In this document: positions 6,644 through 15,574 of the stretch, piece by piece
How positions within the stretch are numbered: the first letter of the stretch is position 1
Layout: every line of letters begins with the position of its first letter
Virus record (IMG/VR): IMGVR_UViG_3300029893_000001
Coordinates: 124,001-188,000 of that record
Strand: one strand, 5' to 3'
Length of the DNA: 64,000 nt
Translations under genes and position numbers: made by a program
The notes under the pieces: generated by a model
What the model was told of the DNA's origin: nothing
Database searches by the model: none
Seen by the model: the letters and a program-made list of their open reading frames with translations, nothing else

Positions 6644-7041
6644 TGGACCCGCTGGTATCGAAACCAGGTCCTCGAACGCCTAACTGACTCCGCTACGTGT
6701 GTAGTCTCATTTACCCGCAGATTACGCGCTGCAGGAAGCCGAGACAAGCACCGCGAGGGGCACAACGGCCCTCCACCACTAACCCTTTAGACTTAGCTCG
6801 GTCGGGTCAGAAACCGAGGTGCAACCCGAGTCGATGAGCCGCAGAGGACTATCGGGTGTCCTCCCCTGCGACACCTCACGCCGCGAGGGGCAGAGGCTCG
6901 GCGGTGCCATTGTCGTTAGCAACGACATTGCCGAAGAGGGAAACTACGTTGTTCGCAGTTCTTCATGGGCTTTTAACGAGGCCAGCCCACCTCGACACGC
7001 AGAATCAGGTCGGTTCGTCCGAGTCGAAGCCTTTCGGGCCC
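6644..7041 (-). ncRNA. ssrA: tmRNA; tag reading frame 6956-6876 encodes ANNVVSLFGNVVANDNGTAEPLPLAA*
   Basis: Acceptor GGGCCCG/CGGGTCC-A with the G3:U70 pair, GGCTTCGAC, PK1 (GAGG-TGGGC..CCTC..GCCCA), GACTACACACGTAG, tag ending in LAA. Confidence 0.92.
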
Positions 7042-7180
7042 GGACGCTGCCTTTCGGCAGCTAACTGATGGTATGTGTAGAGAAACACATACCAACAGAA
7101 AGGTACAAAGCTAAGCCAGCTATCACTGAGCCAGTGACGAAGAGCGAGAGAAAAGTATCTCTCGCAAAGCTTTATACGGT

Positions 7181-8164
7181 TCACTGACATAGTCCAGAAA
7201 CCGTTTTCACCAAAAGGCCCGGCTCACTAAGATCGTCTTCATACTCAAAGACAGCGCCAGCAGGGCCCAGAGCATCCTTTACAGAGTCGAGAATAGACTG
7301 CATGACACCACCGTCTTTTTCTCTACCGTACACCCTAAAGAGAACCTGAAAGCCCCCGTCCTGTCGGTCAAAGACGTTCCACGTAAGAACGGGACGGTCC
7401 ATGCGTTGGTGCTTCTGAAAAGCAGAGGCTAACATGACTTGAACGCCCTCATCTTGATAAGTGCTAGCCACTTGGTTCGCAATCTGCGCCCCGATGCGCG
7501 CCACGTCATTAAACACGAGATTCTTTGCTAGAATCTCTAGGCGTGATGAAGCCTTTTTCTTGTTGTCATCCCCATACTGGGACTTACCTGGTTCGGACTT
7601 GACTTCTCCGTTTTCTCGTTGCTTCCCAGTATTTTTCAAGTGGTGTTTCCTGCAAAGTAGCCGGCACTTCTTGACTTCTCGTTTGAATTCCGCCTCGGGC
7701 ACGGACCAGAGTTTCGTGATTGTGAAGCTCTTATCACTCGGGTTCTTATGGTCCAATTCCAAGTTCTCGGTAGAGCCGCAAGTCACACACTTGCCCCCGA
7801 GCATCTTGATCGCTTGCTTTTTGCGTTCGTGGTACCGGTTCTTCTGGTACTTACGCTGATACTCATTCCTAGAGGGATCGTGCTTGGCTTCTCTTGGAGG
7901 CTCCGCCTGGAGAGCCTTTTCGACAAGGGCACGGTCCCCAAAGAGATATTCGTAGTTCTTACGACCCGCATGGTGAAAGTCTAGGACGTGGAAGAAATAA
8001 TCCACAGGACTAGCAAACAATCGAAGGGGCTCTCCATTGAAGTCTACGTTTTTACCGCTCCTGAGAACGCGGAGAAGCTGGTTAACGCCGTCAGCAATCA
8101 TCTCTCGCCGCAAGAGTGGATAACGTGCGCAAAGTACTTGAACTAGAGCTTCTGTCCTGGACAT
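7181..8164 (-). CDS. protein with an internal HNH endonuclease domain
   Basis: LGGKCVTCGSTENLELDHKNP...CRLLCRKHH in the middle of a 327-aa protein. Confidence 0.75.
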   Translation of the reverse strand: MSRTEALVQVLCARYPLLRREMIADGVNQLLRVLRSGKNVDFNGEPLRLFASPVDYFFHVLDFHHAGRKNYEYLFGDRALVEKALQAEPPREAKHDPSRNEYQRKYQKNRYHERKKQAIKMLGGKCVTCGSTENLELDHKNPSDKSFTITKLWSVPEAEFKREVKKCRLLCRKHHLKNTGKQRENGEVKSEPGKSQYGDDNKKKASSRLEILAKNLVFNDVARIGAQIANQVASTYQDEGVQVMLASAFQKHQRMDRPVLTWNVFDRQDGGFQVLFRVYGREKDGGVMQSILDSVKDALGPAGAVFEYEDDLSEPGLLVKTVSGLCQ

Positions 8165-8180
8165 ACGTCCATCAGATAAG

Positions 8181-8252
8181 TCGGCGGGACAGGATTTGAA
8201 CCTGCGACCACCGGTGTGTAAAACCGGCGCTCTACCCCTGAGCTACCCGCCG
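8181..8252 (-). tRNA. tRNA-Val(TAC)
   Basis: CGGCGGG/CCCGCCG acceptor, TTTACAC loop. Confidence 0.95.
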
Positions 8253-8274
8253 AAGAAACGTTCCTATTCCGTTT

Positions 8275-8991
8275 TCAACTTTGCTTGCGCTCTAACAACG
8301 CTAGCAAACCTCTATATGCAGCGGAGATTTGCTTGAACTTTTCTGCTGCATCTAATTCTTTACAGCGATCGGGGTGGTACCGAAAAGCCGCTCTTCTGTA
8401 CGCGGCCTTCAGCTCCCTAATCGTCACTCCAGCCCGAACGTTCAAAACCTTATACCACTCTATGGTATTAGGGTCAATTCGCGATTTGCGGGCGGCCTTT
8501 CGGCGTTCCGACTTCTTCTCCCTCTTTTTGGCTTCCCACCATTTCTTAAGACGCTGCCAATCTTGTTCTTCTATTGAGTAGAAATCCCGTCCGCGACGAG
8601 AGTCCAACGGGTCCCAGTTCCAGTAGGAACTAAAGTCCTCCGGAGACTCCTCAAATTCAACAAAGGGGCTTCGAAAGCTCTGAGACGGATTCGGACGTCG
8701 GAACGACGGTTCTCTCTCACTTTCCTCGTCAGTACAAGGCGATCGTCTTGGAGTAAAGGGCCTAATCTTTAGGGCCCACACCATTTTCGCTTCAGGAAGT
8801 AGAATCTCGTAGGGATCGGGGTTGAGCCGATTCATCACCTTGAACCAGCGACCCCGAACCTCCAAAATTAAGGAACGAACTGGCTCTCCAGACGCAGCAG
8901 ACTCCAGGAATACGATATCGCCTACAGTTAGGCGGTGTGCAGGAATTCGTACAACTCCTGAAGGAAGAGAACCGGGAAAAGGCGGAAGCAC
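8275..8991 (-). CDS. DnaJ-domain protein (C-terminal J domain)
   Basis: WYKVLNV...LKAAYRRAAFRYHPD...EKFKQISAAY. Confidence 0.88.
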   Translation of the reverse strand: MLPPFPGSLPSGVVRIPAHRLTVGDIVFLESAASGEPVRSLILEVRGRWFKVMNRLNPDPYEILLPEAKMVWALKIRPFTPRRSPCTDEESEREPSFRRPNPSQSFRSPFVEFEESPEDFSSYWNWDPLDSRRGRDFYSIEEQDWQRLKKWWEAKKREKKSERRKAARKSRIDPNTIEWYKVLNVRAGVTIRELKAAYRRAAFRYHPDRCKELDAAEKFKQISAAYRGLLALLERKQS

Positions 8992-9000
8992 TCAACTAAT

Positions 9001-9495
9001 CTAGCGACGTTTGGCCGCAAGTCGAAGCGAATTCGACTTTTTCTTCTTGGAAGACTTCTTCCATTCTGCCCAGCGTTGCCAGCTACGGAAAATCTTCCAG
9101 AGTCTCTTTTGTTCGAATTCGATGGCTCGTCTGTAATCGGGGTGCTTCTGCTCCATGCACATGAAACGGATGCTATGAGGATGCCCATAACCATCTTCGC
9201 TGAACTGCTGTGGCCCATGCTGGAGATGGAGCATTTCATGATAGACCACGAAATCCAAATACCACAAAGGAACCCTGGAGTCATCCATTATCGAGCTTAC
9301 CTTAATCAGTCGCTCATCAAAGACGCACACAGCTTGAAGGGGCTGATACGAAGCGTCTATCTCTTTCTTGCTCAAAGGAAATGTCCGCCAGCCAATTCCG
9401 CCGCAAACAAGCCCGCCGAAGTACTCTAGATTTATCTTGTCAAACCTCTTCAGGAGGTTCGTTTTGCGCGTTTTGGGTTCCCTGGGCTTCCGCAT
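9001..9495 (-). CDS. SprT-like zinc metalloprotease domain protein
   Basis: FDKINLEYF, HEMLH...H motif; GGAGGAGG RBS before ATG 9495. Confidence 0.75.
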   Translation of the reverse strand: MRKPREPKTRKTNLLKRFDKINLEYFGGLVCGGIGWRTFPLSKKEIDASYQPLQAVCVFDERLIKVSSIMDDSRVPLWYLDFVVYHEMLHLQHGPQQFSEDGYGHPHSIRFMCMEQKHPDYRRAIEFEQKRLWKIFRSWQRWAEWKKSSKKKKSNSLRLAAKRR

Positions 9496-9612
9496 TCGAC
9501 AACCTCCTCCGTATCTCAGATAAGGCGGTCTATGCCAGAATTTGACCCGGCCAAGGTCGCACAAAACGTAACGATATCAATACGTTACAAACAGGTACAA
9601 AATTGCCACAGA

Positions 9613-9684
9613 TGGGTCGTGCAGGGATCGAACCTGCGACCGTCGGGTTAAAAGCCCGCTGCTCTACCGCTGAGCTAACGACCC
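9613..9684 (-). tRNA. tRNA-Lys(TTT)
   Basis: GGGTCGT/ACGACCC acceptor, CTTTTAA loop. Confidence 0.96.
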
Positions 9685-9688
9685 GGCT

Positions 9689-9895
9689 TCAAGCCCCGCA
9701 TTGTGTTACACACAACAGCAGGACTAAGAAGGCAAGGATTGCCGAAGCCACAAAGATTCGCGAAGGCCAAATAGGACGAGACGCCAACATTGCATCGTAC
9801 TCTGCCTGAAGCTCTGGATTATCCAGAAGCTCGTCGTAGGAGTACTGCTGCCAATTCAACGTTTGGGTTTGAGTCTCATCTTGGTCCATCTTCAT
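9689..9895 (-). CDS. small membrane protein
   Basis: C-terminal hydrophobic helix; coupled to the upstream gene. Confidence 0.6.
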   Translation of the reverse strand: MKMDQDETQTQTLNWQQYSYDELLDNPELQAEYDAMLASRPIWPSRIFVASAILAFLVLLLCVTQCGA

Positions 9896-10203
9896 CCTAC
9901 CTGTGCCAGCATAAGTAACTGGTAGCGGTAGGAGTTCGATTCTCGGTGAGTCTTACGCTTGTGACAGTTAGAGCATAGAACTTGGCACTTGTCAAGTTCT
10001 AAGCTGAGCTGCTCCCACGTGCAGTTTGATTGGATCAGCTTTGAGATGTCAGCCCGTTTGCTGTGAAGGTGGTCGAATTCGAGAACCAGGGGATCGTCTT
10101 CTCCGCATATCGCGCATTCTCGCTCGCAGAGGTAGGAGAAGATTTGTTGCTTTTTGTCATATACCTGACGCTTCCGATCAGCTCTCGTTTTACCCACGCT
10201 CAC
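9892..10203 (-). CDS. HNH endonuclease
   Basis: CAICGEDDPLVLEFDH...CQVLCSNCH. Confidence 0.85.
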   Translation of the reverse strand: MSVGKTRADRKRQVYDKKQQIFSYLCERECAICGEDDPLVLEFDHLHSKRADISKLIQSNCTWEQLSLELDKCQVLCSNCHKRKTHRESNSYRYQLLMLAQVG

Positions 10204-10277
10204 TCCTTCGAGTGGGACACAAAGTAGATAAGTGGCCTTTCTACTTTCGTATTTGTGGGTCGAACGAAAATACGGGG

Positions 10278-10607
10278 TCAGGTAGCTGCGGAAGAGGCTC
10301 TAAGTGCGGCGGCCTTTTCGCGCTCCTGCCGAGCCTGGCGGTCGCGCAAGATTTCAACTCCTTTGGGAGTTAGTTCCACGGAGGCAGGCTTTACAAGCTG
10401 CACACCACCACCGGTTGCGTCCACGGGCTTTACGAACTTCGTCTTGAAGACCTTCTTGATGTGCCTGCATGGCTCGTCGCGATTGTCCTTGAAAAAGAAA
10501 TCAAGACAAGTGCACTCAAACCGACTTCCTCTACGGATGACGATGTGACGCTTTGTCCGATCACGTGTCGAATCGACATACGCAACAGTCGTACGCTTCA
10601 TGTTCAA
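10278..10607 (-). CDS. SWIM zinc-finger protein
   Basis: CTCLDF...PCRHI (CxC..CxH). Confidence 0.75.
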   Translation of the reverse strand: MNMKRTTVAYVDSTRDRTKRHIVIRRGSRFECTCLDFFFKDNRDEPCRHIKKVFKTKFVKPVDATGGGVQLVKPASVELTPKGVEILRDRQARQEREKAAALRASSAAT

Positions 10608-10813
10608 ATCCTCCTCGAACGGGCAAGAGCAGTAATAGCTAGGTCCAAATGTGCTTTGGCTTCGCTGAGGTCATAAAGCTCTTCGTCCAAGCCATAGTTC
10701 TCCAGAAGCGAAATCTGTGAAGCCATTTCCTCAGCCGCTTCTCTTAGCTTGTGCTTCGTTGGTTTAAGAGCGTCACGCACGAGATGTTTTACTGCAAGAC
10801 TCACTGCCTCCAC
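10604..10813 (-). CDS. hypothetical protein
   Basis: Small helical ORF coupled to the next gene. Confidence 0.55.
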   Translation of the reverse strand: MEAVSLAVKHLVRDALKPTKHKLREAAEEMASQISLLENYGLDEELYDLSEAKAHLDLAITALARSRRI

Positions 10814-10822
10814 CCTTAAACT

Positions 10823-10861
10823 AAGAAGGGCACCCCTCTTTTACAGAAGGGCGCCCTTCTT
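10823..10861 (-). terminator. hairpin, probable terminator
   Basis: AAGAAGGGCGCCC/GGGTGCCCTTCTT after the ParB-like gene. Confidence 0.55.
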
Positions 10862-10877
10862 ACGATCCTACAGCCTA

Positions 10878-11804
10878 TCAGATGGCCTTAGGGACATCTC
10901 CACGCTTGTAGTAGCGGATGTGCTTGATGTCACGGCCCTCACGGTACGCGTTCCAGGCGTGAATGCAGCGCACGACGGTCTCACGACGAATCGCGTGGCC
11001 TCCACCGTTGTGGTGGTTGTTGATCAGCCAGTCCGCCAAGAGCTTGAGCTGCGGAACGATCTGGCTGTTGATGTCGTAGCGGTTCTGAAGAACCGCGTTG
11101 AAGAACCCGAACGCATCGGGGCGAGCGTTCGGCACGCGCATGCAGCGAATAGCCGCCGCAATGACAGGCGTCGAGGCGATCTTGACGCCACGACGCGGCT
11201 GCGAAAGCTCGATCACCTCATCGAGGAACGGGTGATTGTCGACGATCTCGTTACGCTGCAGCTTCGAGATATTGGCCTTCGCATCGAAGTCACGGAACTC
11301 GTAGAGAATTCCTCCGATCGCCTTCGCAGGCACCTGACGACGTCCCGTCATCTTGCGCAGGTCATTCACCGTGCGGCTCTTGCCGGTGTCGACCACGTCC
11401 AGCGCAGCGCGATCCTTCAGAACAACGATGGTCATATCGCGAAGTACGAACGTCTTCGCCGTGGTCGAAGTGACGTAAGCAGTCAACCGATGCTGCCCAT
11501 CGACCAGCGTTCCGACCTGGGTCAGGCGAATGGGGTCGCCGGTGTTGAGCCACTTACCGGCCTCGATGTCAGCACGGATCTCCGCAACACGGCTTGCGGA
11601 AATCCGACGCTGCTGAGCGTCTCGATGCCCGAGAAGCATCTCAGCGAATTCGCGATCGACGTCGACCGTATACTCGAAACGACCGTCGAGATCACGGCTG
11701 TCATTCGCCGCCTTCATGAGCGCGGCGATGACATCGGGTAGGCGGTTCGTCATAGGCATGACATCCCCCGCAAGAGTCGAAAGCTGAGTAACAGGGCTGT
11801 TCAT
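10878..11804 (-). CDS. ParB/Srx-like N-terminal domain protein
   Basis: QRRIS..RV, GKW...GDPI, LVDGQHRL, DTGKSRT motifs. Confidence 0.75.
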   Translation of the reverse strand: MNSPVTQLSTLAGDVMPMTNRLPDVIAALMKAANDSRDLDGRFEYTVDVDREFAEMLLGHRDAQQRRISASRVAEIRADIEAGKWLNTGDPIRLTQVGTLVDGQHRLTAYVTSTTAKTFVLRDMTIVVLKDRAALDVVDTGKSRTVNDLRKMTGRRQVPAKAIGGILYEFRDFDAKANISKLQRNEIVDNHPFLDEVIELSQPRRGVKIASTPVIAAAIRCMRVPNARPDAFGFFNAVLQNRYDINSQIVPQLKLLADWLINNHHNGGGHAIRRETVVRCIHAWNAYREGRDIKHIRYYKRGDVPKAI

Positions 11805-11857
11805 GTTTGGGATTTTCCTTTCGCTCGAACAAGCAACTTGCACTAAGGCAAGTCAAC

Positions 11858-11873
11858 ACTATCGAGAGGGTTC
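11858..11873 (-). promoter_or_regulatory. phage promoter-like motif GAACCCTCTCGATAGT
   Basis: Copy of the repeat motif upstream of a gene start. Confidence 0.7.
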
Positions 11874-13091
11874 GGGGTGGAGAGGCCGGACCATTCCAGC
11901 CAGATTTGTCTCGACCAACCAAACGTCTCCAACGTTGTATTGATTGAATGTCCGTAGAGTATCGGGCCGATAACTCCAGGTCTCGCCGTCCTGCGAGAAC
12001 ACTACAGTATAGTCCTCTGACGTCACGATTCGCTGGGGAATAGATCTATCTGCGCGCAAACGCGTACCCCATCGCACAGAGTGGTCATTTCCTGAGGTAA
12101 CCTCGCGGTCTCTTCTTTCCCACTCATGGTAGTTGTACGTGCACCAATTGTCGTAAACCGGACACGTATCGTAGCAGGTGTCGTATTCGGTACGGTAACA
12201 GGTTTCGTAACAGGTATCGCAAGTTTCAGAACAAGATGCGTACCCATTGTTGAGATTCCTGCAGGACGTTCGGCACCGACAATCATGCGGCCGACAATCG
12301 TAAGAAACTTGATGAGGGTTACAATCATGAGGGTTACAATTTCTCGTCCCCCGTTGTCTTGACTCACAATGAGTGTTAAACGCACCAGGGGGCGCTCCCC
12401 ACCCACTTCCGCTTCGAGTAAAGCGTTGTTCGAGGGTTCTCGTGTACTGCCAGCGAATTGAAGATACTCGTGCCTCGTGTTCATGAGGCATGAAAACCCA
12501 AATAAGGACTCCGACAGCACCCAACACAAGAAGAACAACCAACGAAATCGTGAGTGTCTTTGTCCACGAACGCTGTACGTACACCTCCCCCTGAAGGTCT
12601 TCCCACGATTCCGCCCTGGGCTTCGGAGGGGGAGGACGAACAGTCTCTTTTACCTGGGGAGCATTCCGATAATCTCCTCCAGTGAACTCCCGTTCGATTT
12701 GGGACTCAGGTGTATTTTCAGGGAAAAATACACACCCATGAAGCAAGTCAGTCGCAGCCGGACAGGTAGTCAAGCCACACGTCGCACAACGTGGAGGACC
12801 GTCCTCCAACGCATCGGGATTGCTTGCACCACACTGTTTACACGAAGCAAAAACTTCGCGATTGTGATACGCACAGTAGTCGCACTCCCAATTAGGACCT
12901 GCTTTGGCTTGGGCCAGCAGACCAGGATCCGTTACTGCCGCCGCGCTAGTTGCGCGCGACATGTCGTACTTCTCGCTATTGTCTTTAGGATTACCGCATT
13001 CGACGCACTTCATGTCGCGTCCGCGATTTTCCTTGCCGCAAGATGAACACTTCCAACTAACTTCAACAGTCCACGAACGCCGTCCCGCCAT
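11859..13091 (-). CDS. RanBP2-type zinc-finger, single-pass membrane protein with a Cys-rich external domain
   Basis: WKCSSC..KCVECG and WECDYC..SCKQCG, a TM helix, then many Cys. Confidence 0.75.
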   Translation of the reverse strand: MAGRRSWTVEVSWKCSSCGKENRGRDMKCVECGNPKDNSEKYDMSRATSAAAVTDPGLLAQAKAGPNWECDYCAYHNREVFASCKQCGASNPDALEDGPPRCATCGLTTCPAATDLLHGCVFFPENTPESQIEREFTGGDYRNAPQVKETVRPPPPKPRAESWEDLQGEVYVQRSWTKTLTISLVVLLVLGAVGVLIWVFMPHEHEARVSSIRWQYTRTLEQRFTRSGSGWGAPPGAFNTHCESRQRGTRNCNPHDCNPHQVSYDCRPHDCRCRTSCRNLNNGYASCSETCDTCYETCYRTEYDTCYDTCPVYDNWCTYNYHEWERRDREVTSGNDHSVRWGTRLRADRSIPQRIVTSEDYTVVFSQDGETWSYRPDTLRTFNQYNVGDVWLVETNLAGMVRPLHPEPSR

Positions 13092-13101
13092 GGTGGTCCC
13101 C

Positions 13102-13117
13102 ACTATCGACAGGGTTC
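13102..13117 (-). promoter_or_regulatory. phage promoter-like motif GAACCCTGTCGATAGT
   Basis: Motif copy 10 nt upstream of ATG 13091. Confidence 0.7.
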
Positions 13118-13616
13118 ACTTCTTACGCTTTCGAAGCACTTTCTCAATAAAGCGCCGCTTATGCCGACTAAGGTGGTCTATCATCAACTTACCGTCCAGG
13201 TGCTCTCCTTCATGCTGAACGCATTGAGATGCAAGTCCTGTGTAGTGAAAGTTGAAGGCATTCCCGTTTCGGTCTAAAGCCTTCCCGGTCACCCATTCAT
13301 ACCGTGGAATAGACTCCACGATTCCCGGAAACGACAAACACCCCTCGTCGCGCATCAAGACCAACTTCTCAGGAGTTTGAAGAACTTCGTGGTTAACCAG
13401 GACTTCCAGTTTCGACTGGTCTGAAGATGTGTCCATTACGAATACACGAAGAGGTATTCCCACCTGAGTGGCTGCCAGCCCAGCTCCGCGATGAGCGTAC
13501 ATGGTCTCAGCCATGTCGTCCACGATACGCTGAAAATCAGCCCCAAACTCACTCACTGGGCTGGCAACGACGCGCAGCTCGGGATCGGGCCAAATCCTAA
13601 TTCGAAGCCGTGTCAT
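13116..13616 (-). CDS. def: peptide deformylase
   Basis: GAGLAATQ, EGCLS, QHEGEHLDG motifs. Confidence 0.95.
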   Translation of the reverse strand: MTRLRIRIWPDPELRVVASPVSEFGADFQRIVDDMAETMYAHRGAGLAATQVGIPLRVFVMDTSSDQSKLEVLVNHEVLQTPEKLVLMRDEGCLSFPGIVESIPRYEWVTGKALDRNGNAFNFHYTGLASQCVQHEGEHLDGKLMIDHLSRHKRRFIEKVLRKRKK

Positions 13617-13672
13617 ACCCATTAAACGAAAAGGGCCGAGCCTCACCGCTCGGCCCTTTTCGTTTAATGGGT
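13617..13672. repeat. perfect 25-bp inverted repeat (hairpin/terminator)
   Basis: 13617-13641 is the reverse complement of 13648-13672. Confidence 0.85.
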
Positions 13673-14422
13673 TCAGCTCTTCGAAGGAGTGTCGGAAGAC
13701 GTCTGATTATCTGTATTAGGTGTCACGGACGACTTCAGACGCTCCGCAAAGTCAACATCCTTTAGATCGTCGACATGTGCAGAGCAGAAGAAGTCATAGG
13801 ACGCATCCTGAGCATCCAGACCACGTACAGCACCAAGCCCACGACTCACCACGTTATACGCCGCGCCGATCCCCTTCGACGAAGCAGTGTAGCCGATGGC
13901 GTTCGACGAACGGATTCCGATAGCCGAAGACTCGGCAAACGCGTCAACATTTGCACCCAAGTAGAGGAAGTTCCACTTATAGACCTCCTCCTGATGCTTG
14001 ATCATTTCGGCGATCTTTGCCTTGCTCCACTCTCGCGAGGAGTTCTCCTCCCCATCCGTGATCACGAGGAACAAAACCTTCCCAGGTCTCTTGTCCTCGG
14101 GGAGCCGCTGAAGATCGTTTTTGAGATCCGTGATACACTTCCCCATTGCGTCCAAAAGAGCCGTTCCACCTCCAGGACGGTATGAGATAGAGGTGAGAGG
14201 CTCCACAGAGCTGATATCCAGCATCGAACAAAGAATCTGGTACCCTGGATACCGTCCATGAGAACTGGAGAATTTGCATACGGTCATCGTGGCTTTGCCG
14301 TCGATGGCTTGCTGCTCCTCTAGGAACGAGTTGAATCCGCCCCTCGTGTCTTCTGCCAAGGAACCCATCGAACCGGATTCGTCCAGAAGAACAGTAATGT
14401 GGGTGTAATTTGCGTCAGTCAT
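13673..14422 (-). CDS. von Willebrand factor A domain protein
   Basis: LLDESGSM MIDAS, TALLDA, ITDGEENSS. Confidence 0.9.
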   Translation of the reverse strand: MTDANYTHITVLLDESGSMGSLAEDTRGGFNSFLEEQQAIDGKATMTVCKFSSSHGRYPGYQILCSMLDISSVEPLTSISYRPGGGTALLDAMGKCITDLKNDLQRLPEDKRPGKVLFLVITDGEENSSREWSKAKIAEMIKHQEEVYKWNFLYLGANVDAFAESSAIGIRSSNAIGYTASSKGIGAAYNVVSRGLGAVRGLDAQDASYDFFCSAHVDDLKDVDFAERLKSSVTPNTDNQTSSDTPSKS

Positions 14423-14439
14423 CTTTCTTTTGCCTTCCT

Positions 14440-15117
14440 CTAGCCCAAAGCTAGGTTGGAAACCTCTACGTTGGTCCGGTCCCCGTCCACGTAGACGATC
14501 GGGGTGGAGTCGCTCAACCGACTTCCCTCCTTTACAGAAAGAAGGTAACGAGCGTATTCCATCTCCCTCTTAGAGGAGGCTCCAGAATGCATGAGTAGAA
14601 CAGTCCAAGCCCTTTTCTTATGGTCCCACCACGGACCACGAAGAAGGTACTGGTCGAAGGGAGGCTCTGCCGCCCTCGTCCGCTTCACATTCTGCGCCGA
14701 CTCCAACCGAACCTTGGGCCAAAGGCTACGGTGTTTGGGGCAGCGCACATAATCTGGCCTCGTATTTACTAAGACCAAAACATCGACGTCACAATGAACG
14801 CAGGGGCGTACGACCTTAGCTGTTCGCGGCACAGCCTTCAAAACACAACTCGGACTACAATAGTCCTTGGGCGTGTTTCGCTTTGTCATCGCTTGAATGG
14901 CATTCCCACAAACAACGCAGCATCGGGCTAGCCCCTGAAGAGCAGAAATCTGGGTGCGCTTGGCTGCAAGCAACTCATCATGCAGAGCCTTAAAGTACGC
15001 GTCGACGCAAGTCGAAGAGCAAAACTCTAGGTCCTCGTCCGAAGTTTCGAAGGAAATATTGCAGCACTTACAAGTGCGCGAAACCTGCTCAGCCAATGGT
15101 CCAAACCTTTCTTCCAA
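14440..15117 (-). CDS. Cys-rich zinc-ribbon protein with a degenerate HNH_3-like C-terminus
   Basis: CxxC...FCS repeats; IVYVDGDRTNVEVSNL lacks the catalytic His; start moved outside the tRNA. Confidence 0.6.
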   Translation of the reverse strand: MEERFGPLAEQVSRTCKCCNISFETSDEDLEFCSSTCVDAYFKALHDELLAAKRTQISALQGLARCCVVCGNAIQAMTKRNTPKDYCSPSCVLKAVPRTAKVVRPCVHCDVDVLVLVNTRPDYVRCPKHRSLWPKVRLESAQNVKRTRAAEPPFDQYLLRGPWWDHKKRAWTVLLMHSGASSKREMEYARYLLSVKEGSRLSDSTPIVYVDGDRTNVEVSNLALG

Positions 15118-15190
15118 TATGCCCGGTCGGACTCGAACCGACAACGTCCCGGTTATGAGCCGGAGGCTCTAACCATTGAGCTACGGGCAT
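15118..15190 (-). tRNA. tRNA with CAT anticodon (probably Ile2, otherwise Met)
   Basis: ATGCCCG/CGGGCAT acceptor; CCGGCTCATAACCGG arm resembles Ile2; no initiator GGG/CCC. Confidence 0.85.
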
Positions 15191-15227
15191 ATGTATTCTG
15201 TGGGCACGTAGCCCACCATCACTGTTC

Positions 15228-15255
15228 TAAGATAGAGAACCACCAAGGAAAGTCA
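15228..15255 (-). promoter_or_regulatory. sigma70-like promoter for the tRNA
   Basis: TTGACT-16 nt-TATCTT. Confidence 0.4.
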
Positions 15256-15349
15256 AGAACTACCCTTGATATTTTGGGTTGTGAGGTTCCTCACTTATCG
15301 ATCGCAAGCCAAAACACTGTATTGGCTAGGGACCAACAAGGAGGTTCGA

Positions 15350-15517
15350 GTGGAGAAGATCAGCCCGGAGGATGCTCGCAAGCGACTGGAGAACCGGCGA
15401 GCACGGCTCGCACGCCTAATCGAGCTAGACGCACCCCCGTTCCTCATCGAGAAGGAGCGCGAACTCATCGCCGACGCGATCTATGCCCTGGAAACGGGGC
15501 AGCTCCGTCAACGGTGA
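15350..15517 (+). CDS. small helical protein, the only plus-strand gene
   Basis: AAGGAGG RBS then GTG; 55 aa; followed by a hairpin. Confidence 0.7.
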   Translation: MEKISPEDARKRLENRRARLARLIELDAPPFLIEKERELIADAIYALETGQLRQR

Positions 15518-15520
15518 CAT

Positions 15521-15536
15521 AGTATCGGCAGGGTTC
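15521..15536 (-). promoter_or_regulatory. phage promoter-like motif GAACCCTGCCGATACT
   Basis: Motif copy pointing antisense into the plus-strand gene. Confidence 0.65.
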
Positions 15537-15572
15537 AAGCCCTGGCGTCCCCAAACAGGGACGTCAGGGCTT
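15537..15572. terminator. bidirectional terminator-like hairpin
   Basis: AAGCCCTGGCGTCCC/GGGACGTCAGGGCTT between convergent genes. Confidence 0.7.
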
Positions 15573-15574
15573 GT

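Noticed and set aside
7005-7190. 61-aa ORF
   Set aside because: It overlaps the tmRNA 5' end and a hairpin-rich leader, and has no protein-like features.
10749-11741. 330-aa plus-strand ORF
   Set aside because: Antisense shadow of the GC3-rich ParB-like gene.
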